64,000 bases of DNA from Felis catus. Lineage: Eukaryota. A model generated the notes under the pieces. It worked only from the letters and a program-made list of their open reading frames with translations. It searched no databases and was not told the origin of the DNA. The DNA is taken from contig NC_058368.1 in NCBI RefSeq assembly GCF_018350175.1, forward strand, positions 12,090,001 through 12,154,000, written 5' to 3'. Each line of letters begins with the position of its first letter. Position 1 is the first letter of the stretch. Below are positions 1-12,785 of this stretch, piece by piece. The position numbers and the translations under genes were made by a program.

Positions 1-560
1 GCTAGACAGCAAACAAAGAGGACTTCTTGATGGTTTTATCCCTTAGTCATTTTTGTCCCAGGAGCTGTCTCTATTGAGGCTTTAGCCAAGCACACAGCAG
101 CCACATTTAACCAAACCCAGCTCATAGTCACCCACCAACTCAGAAGGTAGCCCTCCAAAACCAAATGACCCTTGATACCCTGACTGTGACTCAAAGACCT
201 ATGTTTTATTGAAACAGAGTGTTATGTGTATACCGCAGATTACCACAAAAATGTGGCAAGGTTACTAAAAGGCTGAAATACTCAAGTTGGCGCTTTAAAC
301 ATGCCCTCTCTTTCCTTTAGTGATTGGTTAAGCTTCTGGATTAGAGGAGGATTTTTGTCAGCCATCAAAGGACTCTGATTTGGGGTTCTATTTCTTTTTG
401 TTATTTTAATTATGTTTCCCTGTTTCCTCCCACGTTGCTCCACCAGGTGCCAAGACTCCTTTGTTGCCAGAACTTCAAGCCAATAGATGATCCTTTCTAC
501 TCAGGGAGATTCATACCTCTGGTTTACCTTGGATTCAGCTGCCTCTGCCTTTCGTAACAT
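1..560 (+). pseudogene. env: Decayed class I (gamma-type) endogenous retrovirus env, TM subunit; cut off by the window start
   Basis: Manual translation across stops and frameshifts gives QTKR (furin-like site), WFYPLVIFVPG (fusion peptide), VALQNQMTLDTLT (147-185, immunosuppressive-domain-like LQNRxALD), IETECYVYTAD (208-240, decayed CX6CC region) and FGVLFLFVILIMFPC (membrane anchor). Confidence 0.9.
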
Positions 561-661
561 ATATATATATATAAAATTCCGAACTGACCGGTGTTGACCC
601 ACAGGAAGGAACATCTCTTTGCCCCTATTCACCTTCAGGAAACTTTAAGATGTAGAGGTCA

Positions 662-880
662 TCAGGGCACCTGGGTGGCTCAGTCGGTTGAGTATCTGAC
701 TTCAGCTCAGGTCGTGATCTTACCGTCCGTGAGTTTGAGCCCCATGTTGGGCTCTGTGCTGACAGCTCGGAGCCTGGAGCCTGCTTCAGATTCTGTGTCT
801 CCCTCTCTCTCTGCACCAACCCTGCTTGCACTCCATCTTTCTCTCTCTCAAAAATAAATAAACATCGAAAAAAAAATTTA
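662..880 (+). mobile_element. CanSINE (SINEC_Fc type)
   Basis: GGGCACCTGGGTGGCTCAG head, (CT)n, A tail; TSD AAGATGTA(G/A)AGGTCA. Confidence 0.97.
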
Positions 881-899
881 AAGATGTAAAGGTCAAAAT

Positions 900-1301
900 T
901 GTTCAGGCAATAGCCTTGAGCAATGGAACTTGATCAAGGCAAAAGGACCCACAGCGACCACCTGGCTGAGTACAGACAGGCCTATCAGGTGACCCACCTC
1001 AAAGTATCCATAGGCCTTAGCTAACCAATGGGCTACTTACAATCAGGCAGGTACCAAAAAAGGGAAAATTCCAAAATCCCCATACCTCCAAACCTTCCTC
1101 CCTTTAAATTCAGCCCCACCCACTGCCTCAAGGCAGTGTCTCCTTTGCTGTCCTGCCCACCACTCCCTTGTGGTGTATTCAATAAACTTCTATCTCCTTT
1201 GTTCTGCTGCAGGTGAATTCTTTCGCTTCCCGGGCCACTGGCATCCACAGGATCAGGTTGCCCCACATTTGGGGCCCCCCATCTGATTGGAAGAGACACC
1301 A
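900..1301 (+). mobile_element. 3' LTR of the same ERV1-class provirus
   Basis: TG...CA ends directly downstream of env; CCAAT at 1025, TATA-like TTTAAA at ~1103, AATAAA at 1181. Confidence 0.8.
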
Positions 1302-1306
1302 TATTC

Positions 1307-1531
1307 TTTTTTTTTTTTTTTTGAAGTTTTTAATGTTTATTTATTTTTGAGAGAGAGAGACAGAGTGTGAACACAGAAGGGGCAGAGAGAGAGGGAGACA
1401 CAGAATCTGAAGCAGGCTCCAGGCTCTGAACTGTCAGCACAGACCCTGATGCGGGGCTTGAATTCACAGGCTGCAAGATCATGACCTAAGCTGAAGATGG
1501 ATGCTTAACTGACTGAGCCACTCAGGTGCCC
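1307..1531 (-). mobile_element. CanSINE inserted at the LTR 3' end
   Basis: Reverse-complement SINE; diverged TSD GAAGAGACA(C/T)CA..TTC. Confidence 0.97.
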
Positions 1532-1589
1532 GAAGAGACATCACGTTCGTTCTTGATCAGTGCACTTAGGTGTGTGTCACTTTCATCGA

Positions 1590-3070
1590 TCTTTACAAAA
1601 AAAAACTGCTTTTATTTTCATTGATTTTCTTTATTGTTTGATTTTTATTTTATTTATTTCTGATATTACTTTCTTTCTTCTACTTATTGTGGGCTTAACT
1701 TGTTCTTTTTCTAGCTTCTTTAAGGGGACTCTTAGATAATTGATTTTAGATCTTCCTTCATTTGAAACTGTAAGTTTTCCTATAGGCATTCCTTTAACTA
1801 AATGCCATAAGCTTTACTATGTTTTGTTCTCATTTTCAGTTAGAGCAGAATAGCTTCTAATTTTTGTGTGTGTGTTTTATCTCTGGGATCTACGTGTTTA
1901 GAAATATATTGTTCAATTGATACATATTTGGGTATAGCCCAGATATATTTCTGTTATTGAGTTCTACTTTTACTCTTTTAATAGGTCAGAAAACACATGC
2001 TGTATGAATTTAATCCTTTCACATTTATTGAGTGTATTTTTTTTTTTTTTGGCCTGGCATATGTGGTCTATCTTAGTGAATATTCCACGTGCCCTTGAAA
2101 ATTCTGCACTTGTTGGGTAGATCACCAATAAATCTCAATTTGGGCAAGTTTGCTGCTGGTTTTGTTCAAGTTTTCTAAATTGTTACTGACTTTCTATCAA
2201 CCTGTTCTATCAGTTGATTGGGAGAATAATGTGAAAGTCTTGGTTCTGATTGTTATCTACCTCAGTTTAGACAGCTTTTGTTTTATGTATTATGGAAATT
2301 TCTTATTGGATGTCATATATTTATGATTGTTCTGTCTTAACTTTTTCCTATCTGGAAGTTTCCTTATCTTAAAGTCTATCCTGTCTGATATTAACAGAGT
2401 CTCTCCATCTTTCTTGTGCTCACTGTTTGCATATGTCTTTTCCCTCATGTTATTTTCAACTTATTTTGTCTTTGTATTTTAAGTGCTTATATGATAGCTT
2501 ACTGCTAGATATGGTCGCTTATGTAGTCTGAAAATCTGTTATCTTCTGATCAAAGTGTTTAGTCCATTACGTCCAATGTAATTAATGATACGGTTGGATT
2601 TAGGTCTTCCATTCCATTGTTTTTAACTTGCATCATTTTTTTGTTGTTGTTCCTCTGTCCTTCCTTTTCTGTAAATGAAATGTTTTCACTGCCATTTAAA
2701 TTCCTATTGGCTTTTGGGGCACCGGGGTGGCTCAGTCAGTTAAGCATCCAGCTTCGGCTCAGGTCATGATCTCGCAGTTCATGAGTTCGCGCTCCACATC
2801 AGGCTCTGTGCTGACAGCTCGGAGCCTAGAGCCTGTTTCAGATCCTGTGTCTCCCTCTCTCTCTCTGCCCTTTCCCTCTCATGCTCTGTCTCTCTCTCTC
2901 TCAAAAATAAATAAACATTAAAACAAGTAAAAAAAATTCCTATTGGCTTTTTAGGTATATTTCTTTGTGTTAACTTTTGGTGCTTGCTCTGGGGATTACA
3001 ATATGCATCTCTTACATATCACAATTTACTTCAAGTTACCACAGGAACCTTGCATCAGTATATGGACCCA
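1590..3070 (-). mobile_element. Old L1 (L1M) ORF2-region fragment
   Basis: T-rich antisense L1 pattern (e.g. TCTATCTTAGTGAATATTCCACGTGCCCTTGAAAA, TTAAAGTCTATCCTGTCTGATATTAA). Confidence 0.85.
2716..2936 (+). mobile_element. CanSINE nested in L1
   Basis: Full SINE; TSD AAATTCCTATTGGCTTTT. Confidence 0.97.
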
Positions 3071-3426
3071 CATTAGTATTTTAATACTCCTTTTGGTTTT
3101 TATTTGGTGAAATGTTGATGACTTTTCTGATATATGTTGGTTGCAGAAGAGAATGGTTAACCTTACATAGTGGAACAGGTGACCTTACATAGGAAAGTCT
3201 GAGGTCATTGGAATGAGGGGAGGGTAGGTGTGACTTTGTAAGTAGAGACCACAAAAAGTGAGGGAGCTTCCTCCTGGCACTGTGGCTGTTAGAGACCATG
3301 AGAGAGGAGTGTTGTTTCAGAAGACAGAACGACTAAGTCCAAATGTGCATGAGCTATGCCTTCAGAAAGACAAGGAAAATTGGGAAGTGGGTGGGTGGGT
3401 AAAATTTAGAAACTCAGTTGAGGCAA

Positions 3427-3640
3427 TTTTTTTTTTTAAGTTTATTTATTTTGAGAGAGAGAGAGCAGGTGGAGGAGAGGCAGAGAGAGAGAGAGGGGGG
3501 AGGGTGGGGAGAGAGAGAATCCCAGGCAGGCTCTGTACTGTCAGCTCCAAGTGCCATATCGGGCTCGAATCCACAAACCATGAGATCCTGAGCTGACTCC
3601 AAAGTCTGATGCTTAACCAACTGAGCCACCCAGGTGCCCC
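3427..3640 (-). mobile_element. CanSINE
   Basis: Poly-T, (GA)n, ends GCCACCCAGGTGCCCC. Confidence 0.97.
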
Positions 3641-4691
3641 AAGGCACTTTTTTATTAATAGATAAAATTAACAAAACATTTGTGTTAGTATGGAAAAGTA
3701 TATTTTCCTGGGACTCTATTTACACCTGAGTGTCAGCTGAGCTAGGTAAAATCTAACGGGGAAAATGTTTGGAGACATTTATAGAAAGAAAAGGGATGAA
3801 ATGAAACAAATACACAAAAAAGAATGGATGTCACGTTGCCGTGACTAGCAAATCTAGTCATTAGCCTCACTTTACGGATGAGAAGAACAACTTTTGTTTT
3901 TGCACAGTGTGTAAATTTAGAGTGAATTAACAAATTCTTCTCTTGTTATAGATTTTTTTTTTTCCAATGGGAAAACACTAGCAAGTCAATTCGGCTTCTC
4001 CCTGGATTTTTTTAAATGTTTGCTCCTAAGAAAAGTCTTAACTATTGCACCTGTTCCTCTAGTCAAAAAAACATTTTAATCACCAGCAGATGTGCCCGTG
4101 GCAAAAGAAAACGTGAAGTCCTGAGCGTCTCATTAGATGAACCCTGTGATAGGATAGGTTACATTTAATTCCCAAGGCCCTCTCATTATATTTCTTTTTA
4201 AAGGGCTTGTTGCAATATAGGTCTTATGAACAAGGAGGCTGTCTTACCTTGGGAAATTTTAGCATTTCATCCTGTCCTTTAATGGGCCTGCCACGGTATT
4301 CAAAAGGCAAGTAAAAATTACAGGTATTAGGATGATGAAAAGTGTTTTAAAACATTAAACCATTTAACTAAACTTTAAACTCTTTAAATCACTTACCATT
4401 GGAGGTAAATTCAGGAAGATAACATTAACAAAGGAGCCCAGCAATGCTGCTACATGGTATTGTCATAGTTGAAATCGGACATGGTGACATTCCAGAATGG
4501 AGTGGTTGACAACTGAGTGTAATTACCTGCTTGGGGAGCCCTGGACACAAGACTCATCAGTCAGTGGCACTATCAGGGTCATATCAACATCAATGGCTTA
4601 CATTTCATTGTCTCTTGCCCTCACCTGCTGACAGAGGGTCTCCCACATTTACAAAGTCTTCCCAAGGCATGTTTGAGTGTTTCTGGGGGTT

Positions 4692-4917
4692 TCTTTCTTT
4701 TTTTATGTTGTATTCTTTTTTTTTTTTTTTTTTTTGAGAGAGAAACAGAGCATGAGCATGGGAAAGGCAGAGAGAGAGGGAGACACAGAATCTGAAGCAG
4801 GCTCCAGGCTCCAAGCTATCAGTACAGAGCCTGACATGGGGCTCGAACCCACAAACTGCTAGATCATGACTTGAGCTGAAGTTGGACACTCAACTGACCA
4901 AGCCACCCAGGTGCCCC
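4692..4917 (-). mobile_element. CanSINE
   Basis: Full SINE; TSD TTTCTGGGGGT. Confidence 0.97.
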
Positions 4918-5741
4918 ATTTCTGGGGGTGTCTTGTACGGATTCTTGAATGAGTGTCCTCGTGAATTGTCCGCGTCTTCCCTCTCTTCTATGTCAAAGGC
5001 TGATATAGATGTGCGCGTGTTGGGGGTGGGAATGTCCCTTCGCACCCCACATTACACTCTGTAAGTCTTGGTGGAATGTGGGACTACTTGTACTCTCTCA
5101 TGTTTTACAGAGGCTATTGGGAAACAGATCTTTTATGTTCCTTGCAGCCTTTCTGGAATGTGACCCAAGGAAGACGGACATGGAGTTGTCTGTAGGATAA
5201 GTATTGCTGTACTCTAAGTAACTGCCCTCCTCTGTTTCTCAGCTTTGATTATCTGCCCAAGTGAGATGTTTCTGGCTGCTTAGTCCCTTAAGGAGTATTT
5301 TCTACAGAGTTAGGGTCTCTGCTCTGGGAAGGCAGACGCTATACCTCTCTTGTTCATCTCTGCATCACCAGAGTAGGCACACACTGAACACTTGTTATCT
5401 CTTTGCCTGGGGCTCTTAGGTCTTGGCAAATTGAATTCTCTTAGGGCTGGCCCCACAAGTTTGTCAGTTGCCAACATTTTGTCTTAGGCACAAGCTAAAA
5501 CCCTCCCTGCATTTAAATTTTCTCCTAAAATATCATAGTTACTTTGGGCTACATTGCTTTATTCCTAAAAAGCTTGGAAATTGTGACAAAATTTCATTGC
5601 TCATTTTGTGACTGTTTCAACTCAGGCACCTCTTGATTTGCATCGTTATGTATTTGGTTTCAATAGAGGCTAATGCGGGCATTTCAACAATTTAATCATG
5701 ATGAAATACTTGTCCCTTGCCTTGCCACCAACAAATCGGGC

Positions 5742-5932
5742 TAGGGTTGCCAGAGAAAACACAAGACGCTCGGTTAAATTTGAATTTCTGGTAAATATAA
5801 CGAATAAGGTTTTAGTATTGTTAAGTCCCATGCATTTTGGCAATGGAGTGTAGTCCCAAATTTATACTAAACATTAATTTTTCTGAGATTCAAACTTATT
5901 GGCTCTCTCGTTTCTATTTTTCTGGAAAAATC
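5742..5932. mobile_element. MER53-like palindromic hAT MITE
   Basis: TAGGGTTGCCAGA...GTTAAATTTGAATTTC left arm and decayed complementary right arm (TTATACTAAA...CTGAGATTCAAA). Confidence 0.8.
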
Positions 5933-6644
5933 ATTTTCTGTGGTCCTACTTCATCTATAAAATGGAATATCAACCTTGTGTACCTCATTAATCTAAAGCT
6001 CAAATGACATCAAGTACATGAATGTTCTTTGGTAATGCCATAAAACTGTGAAACACTGCTAGCCATTTAACAAAGGTTTATTGAGTATCTATTATTTGCT
6101 CTGGCTGGTGTTAGTGCACATTTGGTATAGTGAACTTAAAACAAGCAGAAGTCAGTTTTTGCTTCTAAGGAGCTTTTTAGATCACTAAGAAGATAATCTC
6201 CGTGGTCTTTTAAACACTCTAGAAGATAACAAGTATGTTGCAAGGTAGTAAGAACAGTGTATACCTCCTGGAAGGCCTGAGAACTAAGTCCTGCGTTGGA
6301 CTGAAGGGTCTTATGGCTTCTGGATTCCCTGCTGGGAATCCTCAGGAATCCTATGAGTGCCCCTATAGAATGCCAGAAACATAGGAAGCATAATGAAGTC
6401 CAGAAACAAGGCATTGGAACAGGGAGGGAATTGTCCTGGTAGCATAATATCAGGGCCAGTTTCCAGGTTCCAATGTGAGTTAATATATGCTCATTTTTAA
6501 TTTTAATTTCACTTTAAACAATACCTTGGAAAAACAAATTAACATAATTTTCTTTTAAAATGTGTAAAGTAACCCATATAATCCATAAAATATCCCATAT
6601 AATCCATCTACTAGTCATATTTAAAATGGGAGATTATGTTGTTT

Positions 6645-6785
6645 TCATTCATTCATTTATTCACTCATTCATTCTCTACTCAGTAAATACCTATCAAACA
6701 CCTGTTATGTGCCAAACCAAGTGCTTCATCTAGAGGGTATTTAGAAATAAAAAAAGGAGACAATCTCATGGAGGTGCTCACTATA
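6645..6785 (-). mobile_element. L2 3' end
   Basis: (TTCA)n followed by AAATACCTATCAAACACCTGTTATGTGCCA. Confidence 0.75.
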
Positions 6786-7368
6786 TGTGTTTCAATAAAT
6801 AGACCCTGAAATCTTTAGCGATTCTAGTAAGACGGGTAAGCTTTGAGTGTGCCCTTGGTCTAGGAACCCTCTTTATTCCTGTGGGAGGAATATCTTTTCT
6901 CAATGAACCTTACATTTGGGGAGGATCACATGATCCAGATTAGCTGACCGACTCTGGTATCCTAGAAAGTGACTGATGTTATGGCCAGTCACCCTTATTT
7001 CTTAAGTCTAGGAGAAGACAAACATATATTGCATATAGTTAATACAGCATGATGAAGGGTGATGCAAGGTGCCATAGAAGCAGAGGAGAGAGGGTCAGTG
7101 AGGGGTTTCTGAGCAGCTTTCCAGAGTAGGCAGCTCTGGGTTTTCAAAGAGCTGGGAGATCACCAAGGTGTAAACGTGGGAGAACACTGCTGGCAGGACG
7201 AACATCACGTATGGAATTTATCATACGCTGCTTTATGGCTTTCTGCTGTCCTGCCTCAGACTGTAGGCTCCAGGCCTGAGAGGGCTGTCTTGTCTTTGCA
7301 TCCCATCATCTAGGAGAATGGCTTTCGAACTGCTATTTTAGCTCAATTGGCTGAAGTTGCAGTAATAA

Positions 7369-7577
7369 CTTTTTTTTTTTAATGTTTATTTATTTCCAGA
7401 GGGAGAGAGAGAGAGAGAGCGTGCACAAGCTGGGGAGGGGCAGAGAGAGAATCCCAAGCAGGCTTCAGCTGTCAGCATAGAGCCCGACGCAGGGCTTGAA
7501 CCCATGAACTGTGAGGTCATGACCTGAGCCTAAATCAAGAGTCAGATGCTTAACCTACCGAGCCACCCAGGTGCCCC
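7369..7577 (-). mobile_element. CanSINE
   Basis: Full SINE; TSD TAATAACTTTTT. Confidence 0.97.
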
Positions 7578-7599
7578 ACACTAATAACTTTTTAACATA

Positions 7600-7830
7600 G
7601 ACTTCACAGTAGTGAGATGGCATATGATAACAGGCACCGTGAGGTCAAAGACTGGTTCAAACCTTGGTTCGCCACCCACTGGGTCACTCAAGGGCACTTG
7701 AGCATGGTGCCTTCCAAACTTTTCCTTATAAGAAAAATGAGAAACATCATACCTACTTCATATGTTGTTTTGAAGACCATATCCAGTGATGTGTATAATG
7801 TGACTAGTATAATCACAGACATCTCATTCC
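7600..7830 (+). mobile_element. MIR
   Basis: GGTTCAAACCTTGGTTC...CCTTATAAGAAAAATGAGAAACATCATACCTACTTCATA core-like sequence. Confidence 0.7.
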
Positions 7831-9089
7831 ACATTAATTCCCCATCCCCACCAGAATATGCTTCTTAGACTGACTTGGAATTCAGTCGCTACATTTGTTG
7901 GAAGAAAAGTTTAAGAACCTGGAGTATAGCCCACCAAACAGTAAAAATTCTGCTAGTGTGAAAAATAACTACGTTTACAGCTTTGTACGCATTCATACGT
8001 GTTTTGACATATGCACACATTGCAAATAGATTGTGTTTAGATCATTCTCTCGGGGAGGATGCTTTTGTTGGCTGATGGTCGTGCACGAGTCCCAGATGTG
8101 TTCTGGTGTGGCAGCATCTGGAAATCAGGAGGCTATTTGCAATACACCGTGAACATTTGAAGTGTTAAAAAAATACTGAATATATACTTTGCTGTGGAAT
8201 CACTGTAGATAAAGAATAACCCATGAGAAGTGTTTAAAACCATAATTTTTGGAAAAAAATCTCTGTGAATCGGAAATAGCTGGCCATCGATTTAGGGATA
8301 TGGTAGGTCACCCATATTCCTTGGCATCAGAATTTGACAATCTCTGGTCTGTTAGATTAACCAGTTTCAGTGAAAATCAGTTCTAAATCATTTTAAACAT
8401 TTCTTAAACTGGTATCTTTCTAATAGACCAGCCTTGAGAGAAGTGGGCCATTTTGGGAAATAGTTAATTTCTGGAATAATATCAGAATACTTAGTTTAAG
8501 CACACAGAACATTATTAAAAGACATGAAAGGCCCCGTTCCTCTTACCTTCCCATCCAATTCAACATCATTTTTGAAGAGGGGAATAATTAATCCCGTGGC
8601 AAGACTCCTTACCTTATGAATCCTTCAACTACTTGGGCCCTCCTGGGACCAAAGAGAGGAAACTGACTCAAAAGCATTGTCTTTGACAAACTTTTCCACT
8701 TTCTATCCTGGTTCAGCAGCATCTAAGAGTCAACCTCAGACTTGGTCGGTAGATGGAAGTGTTTTAATGTCTCCTCCTCCCCTTATGTCATCTCTCTTGA
8801 TTAAAATACCCAGGACAGAGAGTTTAAGAGGCTTGATCTGTGTGAGTTAACATTCCTGGAAAACACTTCCTAAGTAATAGAGGGCAAGTGGATCCTGTGG
8901 GACTAAAAAAAGCCTTGTTCCTCCGAGGAATGTCACAGCATAACTCCCAATTGTATCCTCACTGGCCACATCTCCCAACACAGCCCCTGTCTCCCAAACA
9001 TCCTGTGTTCCAGCTATGCTGAGCTGTTAGTGATGATACCATGACCTCAGGAGGAATTTACAGAGCTGCAAAACAAATATATTCCAAAC

Positions 9090-9315
9090 ACAGTTTGTCT
9101 TTGCATATGCTATGCCTTTTGCTTGGATTATCCTTCACCCCACTATCTATCGGAAAGCTCCTATTCATCCTTCAAAACCTTCCTCAAGTATCACTTCTTT
9201 AAAGTTTTCTTCACTATTCCAAGGCAGTTAGTCAGTTCTTTCTCTGGGCACATTTAACATCTCAATCATAATATTTATCACACAAATATTTATAATTTAC
9301 CTGCTTATCTGCTGC
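9090..9315 (+). mobile_element. L2 fragment
   Basis: CTTTGCATATGCT...CTCCTATTCATCCTTCAAAAC...AAGTATCACTTC. Confidence 0.7.
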
Positions 9316-9549
9316 CTGGGACACCCATTGTTAGTTGCCTACCAAAAACCTTTCTCCACCCTTTCTTACTGATAGAATCATGGCGTTTTTCAGGTATGCA
9401 GCTTCAAGGAAGACTGGACCTCCTCCTCTGCCCCTGGGGGTGAATTTTGATTACCTTATTCTAATAATGTCAATTTTAGCCTGCCTTCCAGTAATTGGTT
9501 TTAGTTTGCATGTGTGATGCAATGGCTGCCCATGAGGTCAGCTGGGGAG

Positions 9550-9695
9550 GAGTTTCTCAAGTTGGCTTGTGCATATGCATCACCTGGGATTTTGCAGATT
9601 CTGATGCTGGAGGTCTGGGATGGGGCCTGACAGTCCCCAGGGGAGATAGAGCCACAAGCTGCCAGTCTGAGGACCACCTTTTGAGTAGTAAGCTA
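9550..9695. mobile_element. MER5-family hAT MITE
   Basis: TTTCTCAAGTT...ATCACCTGGGA...GCAGATTCTGAT...GGTCTGGGATGGGGCCTGA...GGACCACCTTTTGAG. Confidence 0.8.
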
Positions 9696-9725
9696 GAGAA
9701 CTTCTAGGTTAAGTTTCTTTACCTT

Positions 9726-9936
9726 CTTTAAAAATTAATGTTTGTTTGTTTATTTATTGATTTATTTAGAGAGCAGGGCAGGTGCAGAGAGAGAGGGGGA
9801 CGGGGGATCCAAAACAGCCTCTGTGCTGAGGGCGCAGAGCCCAGAAAGCCTGATGTGGGGCTTGAATTCATGAACTGTGAGATCATGCTCTGAGCCAAGG
9901 AGTGATGCTTAACTCACTGAGCCACACAGGTGCCCC
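9726..9936 (-). mobile_element. CanSINE
   Basis: Reverse SINE ending CAGGTGCCCC; TSD AAGTTTCTT. Confidence 0.93.
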
Positions 9937-10189
9937 AAGTTTCTTCGCTTTTAAAAACAGACACAAGAGGAGAACAGGTCCTTTGAGGTCTCCTAAATCA
10001 GCCCTGTCATATGTGTTGCCTGGAGCTGCTGTAGCATCCTGTGAACACCAAGGAACCAGCCAAGATGCTGGGGGCGGCAGAATGGAAAGATGGAGAAAAG
10101 CCTAGGCCTAGGGCTCATGAGGTTAAAGTGTTGAATCAGTCAACCTGGAGCAGCCCATCCTCTACGCATTTTATTGTTTGTGCTCTGGG

Positions 10190-10312
10190 AGGCATCGTTT
10201 TATAAAATCATATATTTTATAATTCAATTGTATATGTGTATGTAGGTACAGGGTCAGGATGTAAAATGTCTTTCTAACTCTGGGTGCGCTCATGAATGTT
10301 TGAAAACGCCAG
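10190..10312. mobile_element. hAT-Charlie-type MITE end
   Basis: GGGTCAGGATGTAAAATGTCTTTCTAACTCTGGGT...GTTTGAAAAC resembles Charlie-family termini. Confidence 0.5.
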
Positions 10313-11454
10313 CCTGGTCAAAGGGCCCGTTGTCCCTCCAGGGCTCTGTGCACGTGCACTGGACTCCCCCAAGAGGCAAAGCTGGTTCCCTGAGCCCTGC
10401 TTGCTGGCTGGGGTTCTGTTACACCCCCTCCCATTCTCTCTCTTTCCATCCCAAGCACCATGTTCAACAGCCTAGCTTACAAGCCGGTTCCTGACTCTGA
10501 GGAAACAGCGCTCTGTGCTCTCTTCATTAAACTGCTTCCTGTCCTTGGTGCTGAGTCTTGTCTGAGCCACGTGAGTGGACTGGCCTCTTGCTGGATGACT
10601 TCCTGCCAGACCACACGGATCCCAGCCAGGGGCTGTTTGAGCCCTGAGTCTAGCTGTCTATGCTCTGCCCAGGAGGGAAATGGACCAGAGTCAGCATTTG
10701 TGGCCCAGGGGGCCTTAACCAGTTAGTAGCCTGGAGTTTTGAAGGAGATCTTACTTACCTGCTTCTGGGAGTGCTGATGAAGGCACACATGTAATGATAG
10801 GACTTTGGTCCTAAGTCTGAGACATCACTTGGAAACCATTGGGAGGAACACCAGCCCTATAAAGCCGCTGTTAGGATGGGGACAGAAACCCAGCTCCCCA
10901 TCTCTCTCCTCCTTCCATATGCCAAGCCTGGCTTGCCATCCCTGTCCCCAGGGCTCTGCCAATCTGGGCAGGTGTCTGAGGTGCTGACGGGAGAGACATC
11001 AGTAACTTGTTCCTCCTGTGCAGTCTTTTCGACATTCAACCTGTGTGCCAGACAAAGCCAGACCTCCGTGATTTCCCACCTCTGAGCATTTTCCCACGAT
11101 GTTTCCCCCACCCAGCTTCTGCATCAGGAAACCCTATCGGGATGCTAAGGTGGAACCCACATGCTACCCTCACTATGAAAACTGCCCCACTATCCATTGC
11201 CAGAATTAACTGTCCTTTCCTCTGGACCCCTCAAGGTTTTGTGTGCGCCTTTATGCGAGCACATATCACACGCTGCCTCATTGCAGTTATCTGGGTTTCT
11301 GTCTGGCCTCCTCCGAAGGCCTCCTCCTTCTGAGTTCCTCGCAACAGTGTTTTAATCAGCTTTACTTCACAAACTCCTGAACATGCAGCAGGTGCTACAC
11401 ACATTATAGGACTGATATGCTATTATTTTCAGGGCTCAAAATGATTAGTGACGT

Positions 11455-12785
11455 ATATGATCAATGGATTTTTAACAGGGATGCCAACACCATGCAGTGA
11501 GGGAAAGGACAGCCTTGTCAACAAATGCTGTTGGGAAAAATGCACGTCCGTATGCATAAGAATGAAGTTGGACTTTACCTCATACAAAATTTAACTCAGA
11601 ATGGGTTGAAGACCTAAATATAAGAGCTAAAACTATAAAACTCTTCGAAGACAACATTGGGAAGAAGCTTCAGGACATTGGATGTGGTGATAATTTCTTG
11701 GAATGATACCAAAGCCAAAGCCAAAATATAATAGATAAATCAGATTTTATCAAAATTAGAAATGGACAATTAAAAATTACAAAAGTAAAAGGACAGTATA
11801 AAGAAAGTGAAAAGACAATCCATAAAAATGATAGAAAACACTTGAAAGCCGTATATCTGATAAGGGATTAGTAACTAGAATACATAAGAAACTCCTGGAG
11901 CTCAACAGCAAAAATGCACACAATATGATACAAAAAGGAGCCAAGAACTTGAGTAGGCATGTCTGAAGAAGATGTGCAAATAGCCAACAGTACGAAAAGA
12001 TGCTCCACATCTCTAATCATCAGGGAAATGCAAATTGAAACCACAATGAGATACTACTTCACACCATTAAGATGTCTACTATCAAAAAACCAGAAAATAA
12101 CAAATGTTGACAAGGATGTGGAAACATTGGAACCTTTGTGCACTGTTGGTCAGATTTAACATGGTGCCTCTGCTTAAAAATCAGTATAGGCATTGCTCAA
12201 AATTAAAGTGGAATTATCATATTATCCAGCAATTTCACTTATGGATACACATTCAAAAGAATTGAAAGCAGTGACTTGAACAGATATTGGTACACAAAAT
12301 ACTTGTAGCAGCATCATTCACATAGGCAAAGGATGGAAACCACCTAAATGACCATCAACAGAGGAATGGATAAACACAATGTGGCATATACGTGCAATGG
12401 ACTATTTTTCAGCCTTAAAAAGGAAGGGAAATCTGGTATGTGCCTCCGTCCAAATGAACCTTGAAAACATTATGCTAAGTGGAATAAACCAGACACTGAA
12501 GGATCAACATTGTATGATCCCACTCTAGGAGGCACTTAGACTAGTCAATTCATAGAGATAGAAAGTAGAATAGATGTTACCAGGGACTAGAGGAGAGGGG
12601 AACAGGGGGTTACTGTTTAATAGGTACAGTGTTTCAGTTTGGGATGATGGAAAAGTTCCTGATGTGGAAGGTAGTGATGGTTGCACAACAATGTGAATAT
12701 ATGTCACGCCATTGAACTGGACACCTAAAGATGGTTAAAATGGCAAATTTACATGACAGTCACTTTACCACATTAAAGCAAAATA
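11455..12785 (+). mobile_element. L1 (L1MB-like) ORF2 C-terminus plus 3' UTR, 5' truncated
   Basis: ORF 11959-12159 ([24 protein letters not shown]) is L1 ORF2 C-terminal sequence; typical 3' UTR follows. Confidence 0.95.

Larger units (their letters stand above)
9325..10160 (+). mobile_element. Old MaLR (MLT1-type) LTR interrupted by MER5 and a SINE
   Basis: Similarity to old MLT1 LTRs (CTTTCTTACTGATAGAA...GGCAGAATGGAAAGATGGAGAAAAGCCTAGG). Confidence 0.55.

Noticed and set aside
665..760. tRNA-like A/B boxes
   Set aside because: SINE heads derived from tRNA, not tRNA genes
4081..4097. CTCF-like CCAGCAGATGTGC
   Set aside because: Mismatch in the GGC core; not distinguishable from chance
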